DNA of 52,368 nt, from assembly GCA_002633005.1 (NCBI GenBank), contig NMRA01000663.1, positions 166,233-218,600 of the forward strand, written 5' to 3'. Source of the stretch: Phoronis australis (taxonomy: Eukaryota > Animalia > Phoronida). Shown in pieces: positions 1 to 12,216 of the stretch (positions are counted from its first letter, which is position 1; each line of letters opens with the position of its first letter). A program made the translations under genes and the position numbers. The notes beneath the pieces were generated by a model. That model was given only the letters and a program-made list of their open reading frames with translations, was not told the DNA's origin and searched no databases.

Positions 1-392
1 ACACACCACACTTTTTCGTATACGACTTTTCGTATGCTAAAAAAGGTGTGTGTAAGCAGATGTTCCAACAAAAATTTTTGCTGGTGGCGTGACTCATACC
101 CAGATGTGCACAATATGGTTTCACGAAACTTATGTGCCAAGTTCATGTGACGAAATCGAGAAGGGTTTTTAATTATCTTAAGAAAAACTCCAGAGACATG
201 TTAAGTGCCAGAAACTTACCAGGATGCATGGAAATTTCACTATTTGGCTACAAAAACAAAAAAAAATATCTTACACGGGAGGGGAAACCCCCTCCCGACC
301 TCCCCCCGCTCGGCGCCACGCGCCTAGGATTCGACCTTGACGGGAATCCTAAACCCCCCCCCCTTGCCGCTGAAAACGTAGATCCGCCACTG
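1..392. mobile_element. Right end of a GC-rich-terminus MITE (…GATCCGCCACTG family); left end not identified
   Basis: Ends in GATCCGCCACTG (381-392), the same terminus as the elements ending at 38119, 39065 and 39146, preceded by C-rich tracts (288-363). Confidence 0.5.
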
Positions 393-1118
393 TTGGGGAC
401 GATCAGAATCTGAGCTCGGACCTCTGTGACCCTCTAGCCAGCCAGCCAGCTGTATGAAGACTATCGTCAAAATACAGCTAGGTACCCGTGACTGTGTGTA
501 TTTCTTCTGTAGACCCCGAAATTGCACACAACCAGGGTAGTTCTGCTCGTCACCTCCGGTGAAACTTGTATCAACATGTAAAGAGCTTCAGACCGAACGG
601 GGTGCATGCAACTAATCTGGGAATCAACCGACACTCACCTTGCCCATTACAGCCGTTTAATTGAAAAACAATGCAATAAACGTCATTTTCTTGCGTAACT
701 CTCCGCCTTTTCTAACAACGAAAAGTAAGTCGTTTTGAAAACAGTACGCTCGTGTCACGTGCACGCGCCATTTCCTAAATTTTTGCGACATCTCTGACCT
801 GTGACCCCAGGCCATAGTCCCAGCTCTCCTATCTTTCACCTCCGTGGCTACTTTTGGGGGGCAACGGGAACTTTGCAATAAACCCATCTACAGATGTTCA
901 AAAGTCAATTTCAAAAAAGTTCCCAAGAATACACTAGCACGTTTAGTAGGAATATTAATTTAAAAGTTGGTAAAAATATAACCTCAACTAATATGTTAGC
1001 CACCAGGTGTCAGTGTAAAATGACCCGAACAGCCAATCAAATGCCAGGAAAATATTGTGTCCATACCTTCCTCTTCAAAAGTCGTCTGCTTGGCATGAAA
1101 ACATTCGTCAGAGAACAG

Positions 1119-2185
1119 TTTTTTTTAATGTTTATTACGAAATCTTCAGAATACAATGAATATACATAACCCAGAAAGCGTCAAGAGGCATTAGATCTGG
1201 GTAAAAAAATACAAAGAAGTCTATATACAATGATTATATACGAATACATAAATAAAAAAACTGATGTTAAGAATACAATGATATATGACAACGAATGAAA
1301 ATAATTCATTTTCATACAGATGCATAAAATTCTATCCACTCACACAAAGAGATTTAATGTTATAAAGAAATTCTGATACTATTTCAAATAAAACCATATT
1401 TTCGTTTGAGTTAAGTTCTTGACATCCACATAGAAAGAAATTAATTTTGTTGTACAATTGCGGAATTTCAGAGTATTTTTTATAAACATTGGGGTATTGT
1501 TCGAGTGCCTGGAAGAGCTGTACCCTCTCCTCCTTGCATACCTCACAAGCAAAGAAAAGATGAGGATATGTCTGGGTATCTCCACAGGAACACAGAGCCG
1601 AAATATTATTAATCTGTATAGGATTATTTCATGGTTGCGGGGAAGTTGGAATGATGTCAATGGGACTGGCAGGTCTGGAGTAGTGGTATGCATTTTAAAG
1701 TTATTTTTGAGAGTGAAGATTGAAGTGCTTTCTTTTATTTTGAAAGGTAAGGAATTCCAGTTGTCAATACAAGTTAATATCGTTGATCTTCGGAAGGCTT
1801 GGCTGAATAGTATACATATTGCTTTGCCGGAGTCCTGGTCTCGTGCTTAGTCTTTTGTAGGAGTCAAAGAGGATTTTGTTAGAGTAATTGTTTATGTTGG
1901 TTAAGACTTTGAATGTATACATGGACAGGTGGAGTTTGTTACGACGGGTTGCTAGTTTGCTCCAGTGAAGACTATTTAGAACCTTGATTGTGTTGGACCC
2001 TTTGTATGCCCCGGTTATGGCTAAAGCTGCTTGGTATTGTAGTCTTTCTAATTGGAGAAGTATGCCAGCGTTTGCCGATTCGTAGATAATGTCACAGTAA
2101 TCTAGATGTGGAAGTACAAAAGACTTGAACAGAATTTCAAGATGCATGGAGTTGAGATGACGAGAGATAATTCTAATCAGAGAAC
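1119..2185 (-). mobile_element. 5'-truncated CR1/L2-type LINE (end of ORF2, 3' UTR, A-tail)
   Basis: ORF 1764-2147(-) LFKSFVLPHLDYCDIIY…LERLQYQAALAITGAYKGSNTIKVLNSLHWSKLATRR is a typical post-RT region. The minus strand ends with a CCCAGA…TCTGGG stem, then AATAAA and an A8 tail (T-run at 1119-1126). Confidence 0.8.
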
Positions 2186-2683
2186 AGTCGGCTGACGTTA
2201 TCCTGCTGGCTTAGCTAGCTTATTATTGCCACTGACTACATTGGATAGTATCAGGAAGAGTATCTCTTCCTGATAGTATTAATTCTTGGATGGGTGTGCA
2301 AGTAATAGGCAATTACCAAGGGCTCAAAAACCAGCAGGCAGCAGTTAGGAATTGAGGAAAGCCAAATCAAGTGGCCAGGAGTGTCATCGTACTGAAACAA
2401 TTCTTGGCACATTTCTCAATCTTTGTATTTCGCAAAGAACAGTTTTGGGACAGCTAGGACTCTGCTGAAACCATGAATTATTGAACGAGTGTGCGACTTC
2501 ACAATAGACTGGCAAGGTGTCTGCCCCTTATTGCATTCGTGTGTCAGTTTCTGCTCAAATTTCCGAGCTGGAACTTTCAGATATTACCTGGTCTACTAAG
2601 GCTATTGCAAATAAATGTATCAACATTGAGTGCAAGAGAAGTATCATTGGTGATAAGTTTTGGTGAAAAAACAGAGCTCTTGT

Positions 2684-3023
2684 CATGCGCGCACCCAGGG
2701 GTGAGGGGTTCGAGGGCTTGAGCGAGCCTCTCCCATTTGGTAAAGAGGGTAAAAAGGTCCGACCGCCTCAGAGAAACAAAAACTCCGAAAAAAATAGAAA
2801 ACGAGACAAAAGTTCACTAAAAAAGCAGGAACTACCAAAATTCGGCGAACGCACAATTCATAGCTCTGAAGTACCTAGCCTTGGTACAAATAAATATACA
2901 GCTGTATTTTGACTAGTCTTCATTCAGCTAGCTGGCTGGCTATGAAGTACCCCGTGAATCTTAATAAATGTCCACATTCTCAAAAACTCGAGACCCCCGT
3001 TTTTTAGGCTTGGCGCGCGCATG
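2684..3023 (+). mobile_element. MITE with CATGCGCGC termini
   Basis: CATGCGCGCACCCAG…GGCGCGCGCATG termini; flanks CTTGT/CTTCT (5-bp TSD with 1 mismatch); aligns in inverted orientation to 29901-30187. Confidence 0.75.
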
Positions 3024-4139
3024 CTTCTATCACAAGCAGTGTTACAAACACTTAAACAGATGTAACAAAAATTGAAAGAGCTCTTAAAAAAGAAAAAGAC
3101 CAAGGTGATGATGGAAATAATGTTGAGCCCACTAGAAAATTAAGGAGATTGTCACTGTCAGTTACATGTACATTTAACAGTGCTCAAAGAAATATACCAT
3201 ATATGTCTTGCCACCACAATGAACCATTTGCCACAAATCAAATTTCATCACAGGGGAACTTCACAAGCAAAAGAAAAGTTGAAAACCTATCGCAGTTCCA
3301 AACATTCAATTGTAAATATGCCTATCTATTCTTAATTTGAAAAGGTGTCATTTATGGTAAATAATCTTTGGTTTAGGTCACAGAACAAAAATTATTTTGC
3401 TTGATAAATTTATAGTAATAGTGGTCTCAATCTCAAATGTACTGGCAATAGTTTTTGATCAACACAGTGTGACTGCTTTTTATGAACTTCTAAGCCTAAT
3501 TTGAGATTCTTTTATGTAAAATAATGATCAGTGATTGGAATTTGAGAAATATAAAAATGGAAATATTGCCTGTGTTCTGTAACTTATTTATCTTGAAAAT
3601 TCAAATATTGCGAAGATTTCAGTATCTCACATTTTGAAGATCTTGAATTGGAGTTTTAGCAAAGGAAAATTTTTACTCTTCCAATTATGTGCTATTTGAA
3701 ACAAGAAGAGTCAAATGAAATTTTAGCTCTACGGTAAAGAAGACGCTTTTCAATTTCAAACAAAAACTATTGCCAACATGACCATTCCTCTATTTTTCAA
3801 AGGCTGTACTACTGTATTAAGGATGACAAAAATGTTTCTGTTTTAAATTGTTTGAAGGCAGCTGCACAGTGAAATCAATGCTAGTAATGATGCTCATTTC
3901 TCCAAATGCTTATTTTTGCTGAGCACTTAGACAAAATGAAATTTCAGTTGTTGGCCATACTGTGTGCTAAAGTGACGAGTATTTCGGTTATCTATTTCAG
4001 TTAAATAGGATTACTGTAACAAGGTGTCAGATGAAATGGTATTCAGGTTGTCAAAACTTTTTTTTTATTTTGGGTAGGGTGCAGGCTTGCAGAGATATTT
4101 TTTTAACTTTGTCTTTGCCATTAAAGTTGTGCTCAAAAT

Positions 4140-5315
4140 TTGTGTTTCCTGGTTAACTCATGGAAGACATTAAACGGTTTGTATGCAAGCTGTATGGCAA
4201 GTCATGAACAGTTAACAAAGCACGCTACCACATATTCAGGTTGAAATCTGTGATCTGTCTCCTCATCATGATTGTTTGCTGCTACATGCTAAAAGAGCAA
4301 ACTACCAGTGTGCCATTCACAAACGAGCCTTGCAACATGTCAGTGCACCATCTCCAGTTGCTAATGGGTGGCTTTTGGAGCTGGGTAGTCTGATTCTCCA
4401 CTGGATGACTCTGCCTTTAGCCCCAGAAAATGCCATGAAAAATGTTAATGGCAAGTGTAAAAGAAGTGGTTGATGTAAAAAAATATGCTCTTGTTTGGAG
4501 TCAGGCATGCCATGGTCTAAGCTGTGTGACTGTCCAGACTGTGTGAACACGGTGTCTCAGTCAAAAAACAAATTTTGATGACTATAATGATGATATAAAT
4601 GATGATGAAGTGGAAGAAGAAACATAATAAGTGAACGTTATGTTGTTAAACAACTTTAAATTTTCAACCTAATGGAAAATGTGGACAACATTTTATCATG
4701 CTCATGATGACTGCACACTGCTCGGTGTGTCGTTCCCTCTGTGGCAGTTGACAGTGAACTGCAATGTGGGATAATGTTAATTAATTATGACAATTAATGA
4801 GATTGATGACAGAAAATTTGTTGCATAAGCATTGGAAATGTATGGTGTTCACTGGTTGTGATGTCAAATCTTTATCAAGTTCCAAATGGTTAACAGTATA
4901 GTCTTTTTGTAGGAGTTCAGAATATAGTAGTATGTTTTCTGGCCAAGAGGAGGCGCTTCTAAAATTTTACTTTTTCTCTTTTTTTGAGCAATTTTCCGCC
5001 TAATGTCATAATATTTATCACTTTCCTTGTTCAATAACTTCAAATGAACAAAACCTAATCATATTATCATTCAGTTTTTGTCTAGTGTTGTTGGTTTTTG
5101 AAGATTGGTTTTCTGTGTCAAATTTTGCAAAAAATCAGATTTTTGAGGTCAAATTTCTCGAAAACGTGCAAGTCAAACCTTGGGAACTTTTTAGATTCTT
5201 AAAATATACTACTTAATGACCTCAGTTAAAAACACTAAAATTATCTTGCCGGGCCCCCAAAAAGTGGCCACGGAAGTGATTTTCTAGGCTTCCTAGACAA
5301 GAGTCGAATGGACTA
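4140..5315 (+). mobile_element. Academ-like DNA transposon remnant (transposase C-terminus and right end)
   Basis: Broken reading FVCKLYG…VNKARYHIF…LLLHAKRANYQCAIH…PSPVANGW…HWMTLPLAP…KCKRSG*CKKICSC…CDCPDCVN matches the nuclease-like plus Cys-rich C-terminus of Academ-type proteins. It ends …GAGTCGAATGGACTA, a TAGT-type terminus. The left boundary is unknown. Confidence 0.7.
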
Positions 5316-5543
5316 TCGACTATGGCCTACCCCTGACATTCCCGTTTAACTAGTTACGCCCGTGTGGGAGGGGCCCGGGGCCCTTTTAATCTTCATCCGC
5401 GTCAGCGCAGAGTATTATCTTCAGCAACCGCCAGACTCCAAGAATCAATCAAATCACACGTCTTGAAACCCCGGAGGTTTGAAATCACACTTGTTGTTGA
5501 CGAAGGTGGTGGTCAAACTCTCCAATTGGAGGCGTTTCAAAGT

Positions 5544-5850
5544 CACGTGGTACTTTTAGTTTACATAAATTCGAAATAGGTCACACGTTTGAGATCTGTT
5601 TATCCCAGTGAGAAGGACAAGGAAATTCGTGGCATTTGAAGTTGATAGAACTAGCAACGCTTTCGTTTACGAGACAGTGTAACGCACACGTTGGAAGACC
5701 CTTTCTCGAGAACGTAAGTAATTCATCAGTTTCCAATTTTATTTTCAGATTTGAAAGAAACTCCTTAATACGAATTTTCCGACTTACGTAATTTCCCATG
5801 GCGAGTTTTATGTAACTTATTGCCTACGTGCATTGCCTGCATTTATGTAA
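5544..5850. promoter_or_regulatory. D-box/E-box cluster (candidate circadian cis-regulatory module)
   Basis: CACGTG 5544; TTACATAA 5561; CACGTT 5584 and 5687; TTACGTAA 5784; TTATGTAA 5808 and 5843. Confidence 0.6.
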
Positions 5851-5959
5851 AAACTTTCATAAGTTCAGCCATAATGCGTCTACTTTAAAATGAAATGTTA
5901 GAGTGTGGGATCTCAACCCCAGTAAGTCTATGGGTCTTGGTAACACCCACCCACTCATT

Positions 5960-7305
5960 CATAAAAGCAATGCTTTGGAACTGGCCCGAGCTCTGACCCT
6001 CTTATTTGAACCACCACTTTAGGTCTGGCACTGGAGAAATGCGAACGTAGTTACCCCCGTTTTCATAAAAGGAGAAAACTACTTACCTGAGAACTACAGA
6101 CCTATATCACTAACCAGTGTAGTGTGTAAAAAGCTTGTCCACATGATTTTAGAGCACTGCGACTCAAATATAACGTCATATGTCTGGAACAACATGGATT
6201 CCGTTCAAAAATGTGTTGTGAAACTCAACTGCTGGGCTTCATCGATGAGATTAGTGTGCACGTTGAAAAAGGTTATAGTGTTGATACTCTCATAATATAA
6301 TAGATTTTAGTAAAGCCTTCGATAAGGTAAACCACTCCTTACTGACCCACAAATTAAACCTATACGGTTTACCAGGTACTATTAACAACTGGTCTGGATC
6401 TCAAGTTTCCTAACTGGACGACAACAAACTGAAGTTGTCAGAGGCGAGAAGTCCTTAAGTATACCTGTGTAGTCTGGGATAACCCAAGGCTCAGTATTAG
6501 GCCCCTGCTTATTCCTATTATTCATAAACCATATTCTCTTTGGCCTGTCTGGTAAAATAAGACTATTTGCAGACGATACAACTTGTTACAACATTGCTCT
6601 GCAGAAAGATTTAGATAGTCTTGCTCTGTGGGAGGACAAGTGGCTTATGGCTTTCCACCCTGACAAGTGTAGTGCCCTCACCCTGACCAGAAAAAGCCAA
6701 ATCCAGCCCACCTCCTATGTTCTTCACATTCACAGGCTAAAGTCAGTCAAGGAGGCTAAATATTTGGGCGTTGCCATCTCGCTTGACCTCAAATGGTCAT
6801 CCCTCATAAGCAACATCCAGAAGAAAGCAAGTCAAACTCTGGGCTTTCTTCGGTGAAACTTGCGTATAAGCAGTCTACGATGTAAGGAGTTTGCATATAA
6901 AACAATGGTTTGACCCACCTTGGAATACGCCTCTACTGTTTGGGACCCTTATATCCAAAAAGACATTGCAGCTGTAGAGATTTGAGGAGAGCTGCTCGCT
7001 GGGTCACGAGACGGGTCAATCGTCTATCCTCTGTTGTTTCAATGTTAGAAACCTTAAACTGGCCCACCCTCAGTCACAGACACAAAATCTGTCGACTGAA
7101 AATGTTTTACAAATATGATAACATCTCAGTGATCATCAACTCTGATGTTGCCCCTATCGCAGATCTTACTGTCTCGGGCATCTGTACCATAAGGTCATCC
7201 AATTACAGCATTCTAATAAATAGGACAGGTTACAGGAAAAAGACATTCTTTCCTAGAACAGTCGCGAATATCTTTGTTAGCAAGCTATCTGCCTTTCTGA
7301 AGTAA
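5960..7305 (+). mobile_element. Decayed CR1/L2/jockey-group LINE reverse transcriptase
   Basis: Frameshifted motifs WRNANV, PENYRPISLTSVVCK, QHGFRS…CETQL, DFSKAFDKV, QGSVLGP, IRLFADD (~6556-6576), LQKDLDSL…WLMAFHPDKC, KYLGVAI. Confidence 0.9.
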
Positions 7306-7560
7306 CATAGTGGGGTGCTTCCATTTGGGTAGGGTCATGAGTGCAGGTCTCCCACTGAGTAAGCGATGTTTAAAGAATTGTTGTAGTGTTGGCATGAAAT
7401 AATCTAATTTGTGCGTTGCCTGTCATGTAGAGGCCGTCTCAATTGCTTACATTCTCAAAATTGAAAATTATACACCTATGTTGCCTTTGCTTTGAAATAA
7501 TCATATGAGCATTTGATTGGGGGCTTCCGTATTTGCTTTATATGGCACTGAACGGGTATG

Positions 7561-7880
7561 AAGAGCTTCACTCATACAGTTAACTTTGTTACAACAGAAG
7601 CTTCTATGTCAAATGTGGTTAAACGCGAAGTTAAGTGTTAGTGTTCCCATCAGTTTGGATTTATAGTTCACCGAAGTTATTGCAAGGTGGCCCTAATATG
7701 ATCATGACTTCACAAGGCAGCCAATGGTTGTCAAGTTGGGAAGATGGCGATGTACTAGAAAACGACTTGTGAAAAAAGTGACCCTTGAGCAGGCTAATAG
7801 CTTATCCAAACAAGTTAATTGTTCATACTGACCGCAACTCCCCAATACATCGACTCGTCGACATTAGTATGAAAGGCCCT
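7561..7880 (+). mobile_element. Degenerate MITE, same family as 19160-19675
   Basis: Shares AAGTTAATTGTTC…CGCAACTCCCCA…AGTATGAAAGGCCCT with 19611-19675. Confidence 0.55.
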
Positions 7881-10261
7881 TTAGTCAAGGAACTGTCACA
7901 GGACACATTCCTGACCACAGGCACCATTTTGGGCTTGGTGGGAATACAAGATGGGTGAATCCATTTCCTGGTTGTCCAAATTTGTTTGTTCATTCTGTTG
8001 AATGCATAGTATCTGGAATAATTGTGAAATTAGCATTAGTATTAAAGAAAACAAGGTTGCAATTTATTTTAAAATTGCTTTTTGTTATGAAATTCTCTCA
8101 AAGCCCAAAAGCCTTTGGATAATTTTTCGTAATTTTAAGAAACTTAAGCGCAGTAATAGTCTGTGTGTATTCTTATTCTTCAGGTCAAGTTGAAGTTAAG
8201 TGTATCCAATCACACTACAGGCAAAGAGTGCCTCTTGGTAAGTGTTTACAACAGGACAGTCACATAATTGTGTGGTCAGAGAAATGGTTAAAAAGTCATA
8301 GCTCCGTGAGACAAAAACAGTTTTCTTAGTCTTTACTTGACTTATTGATCGCATCATGTAACAGATTCAAAGACCATTTGTTTGAGACGTTTCTTTAAGT
8401 TAATTAATTTGAATTAGAAAAGGGGAAAACTGGCAAGGAAATAGTCAAAGGCAAACGATCTCATTGGGAAGCACCTTATAAGTGATTGGTTTAAGTGGTT
8501 GTTTCTTTTTGTTAGCTATAGTAATATCAATTTTCATCATAATAATAACTATCAAAATAGCCTTTTTTCATCGAAGGCAGTTTTTCAAATTATTTGTTGG
8601 TGGTGGCTATGGTACAAATTTTGGACATGTAAAAGTATTACTTTTTGCTAGACATCTTTTATGGAGAAATCAAGAAGAAAATTCCACTTGTCTGCCATAT
8701 TTTGCCCTAAATTTGTGACATTTCACCAATAGAAGGTGCACTTAATACTCACCTGTGTGTAGCTCAACATAAGCAGTGTTGTCCACAACCGAAAATTCAA
8801 ACTTGTGTGGCGCTTCTAAATTGCACATATTCGAAAGTCCATGCCCCAGTTTGTGCACTAAGTCTTGAAATAAATACATTGTTTTGGTACAAAAAGTCCA
8901 AAATGTCCAAATTTGCTTAAGAATCAGATTATGGAGAGCTCTGATAAGTGGTCAGACAGAAGGCTAAGATCTTCTGGAGTCCCTCCATAGCCAAGCCTGG
9001 GTATTGGTCTTGCCCCGTCCACTCACTGAGACATCTCACAGGAGTGCACGATGCTTCCCAAAATTAGGAAAAAGGTTGGGGAAAAGGAATATCTTTTTCA
9101 GATACGAACACAGCCTTTGAAAACATCCAAGTCATTTAAAATCACATGATCGTTGAAATGCAGAAACAGGCTACTGATGTGTTGGAACAGTGGTATTATC
9201 AAGTATGTAAAACGGGTTAGGTAAAAGACATGCTCAGACATGAGACCCAGTTCAGGATCCTCAAGACATATGACCGTACATCCCGGAACATGTCGGGCCT
9301 ACTCAGGTTATCAGGCTCATGTGTTTTTTATAATCCTTGTTCACTTTCACCGAGTCTGGCGAGTTGAATTGAGAGGATTGTGTGGTTCAAAAAGGAAGTT
9401 GCACAATTCCTAATTTGAATTGTACAAAAATTCCTGTCTCGCCTCACATGTATGTAAATATTTGATTTTCTTTTTGAAACACATTGTTTTTCTTTAGAAA
9501 TCTTGTTTTTTGCTGAAAGAGATACAAAGTTAAGTAAAAGTTTGCTTATGGATTCAAAAACCTGGAACCATCTTGTGTGATGTCTGTTTTTCCGAGTAGG
9601 GAATAAAGTGTAAATGCTGGAAACTGTAACTTGTGCTGTAACGTATACAATGGAGTACGTGCAACAGAGAAAAGGTAGTGAGCAGGCATATGTCATTCCT
9701 ATTTTGTGGATATTATACAGAAAACAAAATCATCTGTCATCTGTGCATTGCAGATTGTGTTTGAATGTGTCAGAACAGGGTTATTTATTATGCAAAATAT
9801 ACGTTTTGGTCTTGTTTAGTCTAATTACTTTGAAATTCCTAACGGCGTTTCTGAGGTAAGTTGTGAAGTTTTCGTTTAAGAAGGGTTTTATTTAAATCAA
9901 CCAAGAGGTTATTTTGCTATGAATGTACTAGTGCCCTTCTGAAATGTGAAATTTGACTGAAAAAAGGTGGCATTGTATTAACAAAAATAGCACAAATATA
10001 AAACATGGTTCTATAATGCCATATCTTTTTTCTCTCAGAAAGTGTATACTTTTGCTAGTTGACATAGCCTTGTTTTTTGGTATATGAAATAGAATGGAGG
10101 TCACTAAATAAGACTTGAGATAGCCTTAACTCTACCTTTTTAGTTGGTTCTAATCAACAGTTAGCAATAGATGGCGCCTGTTGCTAATGAATCACTAACA
10201 TTCGCCAAGAATGTGAGGAATTTATAAGCTATCTCTGAGTTGTGATGTTAGCAGTAGTTCT

Positions 10262-10410
10262 GAGGAGGTAGTGTGGCCTAGAGGAATAGGTGTCCACTTC
10301 CTTTACTTGGGCATCGCTTCATGTCCCACTGGGGCACACTGCTAGACCCTTGAGTCAGATATATAGCTCCTTGTATAGCTCATTGGTCTAGTCCTAAACA
10401 GGTCGTTCAT
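10262..10410 (+). mobile_element. tRNA-derived SINE fragment
   Basis: A-box-like GTGGCCTAGAGG and a degenerate B box, then GTCCCACTGGGGCACACTGCTAGACCCTTGAGTCAG, which recurs inverted at ~15901-15936. Confidence 0.6.
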
Positions 10411-10439
10411 TTAATTTTATCATTACGAGCCTGTCGTGC

Positions 10440-10960
10440 AAATCTAAAGAATATCGTATTCAATCGCATCCAATACATTCACTGGTGGATTTGGTGAGCT
10501 TGACAACAAAAATTAAGCTTAGAATTAGCTAACGTTTTAATTAGAGTTACTCTACCAAACGGCGTTAATTTTTTTGTTGACTCCAACTTTTTAATAAAGA
10601 CTTAATCTCAGTCATTGTTGCAGTTCTTGTGCATCCTACTATCTAATTGAGCGTCAAAATCCACCCCCAAAAATCTGAAAGATTTTTTTGTCCAAGACAG
10701 GCTTTCTTTTGTAGGAATCACATAATCACTACCAGTTTTACTTCCAAACCATATGGCTTTTGTTTTATCCACATTCTCTTGGAGACCGGAGACACTAGCA
10801 AACAAATGTAGTACATTCAATGTGCTAGTCAATGACAAATTCGACTCGTCCAAAGTAATTGATGTGTCGTCCATATATTGCGAAATCAAATATTCCTTAT
10901 TTCCTGCCACTACACGTGTAATATTTATATTATCCTTGATTAAATACGCTAAAACCTCAA
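10440..10960 (-). mobile_element. L1/Tx1-type LINE RT fragment
   Basis: ORF 10608-10910(-) ISQYMDDTSITLD…FASVSGLQENVDKTKAIWFGS…FRFLGVDF, continuing as …LTPFGRVTLIKTLANSKL. Confidence 0.85.
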
Positions 10961-11627
10961 ATATTTTCTTGTTCTAAAAAATCTATTTTGGCGCGCATAA
11001 TGGATGCGACCTGGGATTTTGGCTAGGTCGCAAATTTCCACCTGACCATTTTCATAGAGTCAAGTCCTGATTATATAATAATGATAATAACAAAAATAAT
11101 AATAAATAGATTTATATTTTGTAAAGGCCACCAGCCCATATTTATTGGTAGTATTGTGTTATTTGACTTTGGTGCAAGCCACTGATGTTGCGTCATCGCC
11201 ATAACTGAATACACATATCTTATTGCTTCACATTGTGTGCTGTTACAACCAATAATGATTGCCATTAGTTTTAGTATCAGGTTCTGTTAAACAGTGTTAC
11301 AATAATGTAATTTAAGCCAATCATCCTGATAAATCAGATTATGGTGCTCACGAACTACGATTTTGTTACATATGCAATTAATGAAGAGCCTGTTTTTGGG
11401 TATTGTTTTTCTAGATTATGTTAATCAATGCGTTGTCTGCGATATCAGCTTCTGTTGTCTGTGAGGGTTTAAAAGGAAGCAGATCACATTGCATGACATC
11501 AGATAACTCCTTGACTGCCAGAGTGAGCACATTTTTCTTTCCGTGATTAAGGACAAGACGTTTGCCAGAAGTTTACTGTCAGGAGTGAAACAGCAGCGAC
11601 TCAGGTGTTATACTTCATGAGATATGT

Positions 11628-11714
11628 TCTAATATTGTAAGATTTAGCATCTCAGTCAACAGTAGATATGATCTAATACTGTAAGATTTAGATGGCATCT
11701 CAGTTAACAGTAGA
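11628..11714. repeat. Two-copy tandem duplication (~44 bp unit)
   Basis: TCTAATAYTGTAAGATTTAG(ATG)GCATCTCAGTYAACAGTAGAT occurs twice. Confidence 0.8.
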
Positions 11715-12216
11715 TCCCCTTTAGCACAGTCACCATCGTGTACCATTTGGAAAATGCAGGTCTGCGTATTTGATGAGACATCTGATGATCTCGGCTTCCT
11801 GTAAACCCACGAATGGATCTACGTTTTGTAGGAAGAAGACTGTACAATTCTAGTACAATAGTACCATTGTGCTCACAATACAACTCAGGTAAATGCTTTA
11901 AGTATCGTACTAGTTTACTCCTTCGTTTACCACTCACTCCTAAAATGCCCAAAATTACACTTTTAAGTATCCGTGACTGGCTTACCACCCACCCCCCAAT
12001 TCGTACGAGCATGACTTTTTTTCAAATTTTCTTGTCTGTCAAAGCCCATCTCGTCAGAATTTTAGCTCCTGAAAAATAAGATTTTTAGTGCAATTTACTG
12101 TACTGTTAAGTTAATCCTGTCCAGCTAAGTCAGTTCAGTGACACCCAGAACCACATTACTCCTGGTTACTTTACCAACATTTGATGGAGGTATGTCACGG
12201 TTGTTATTTGTTTCCG

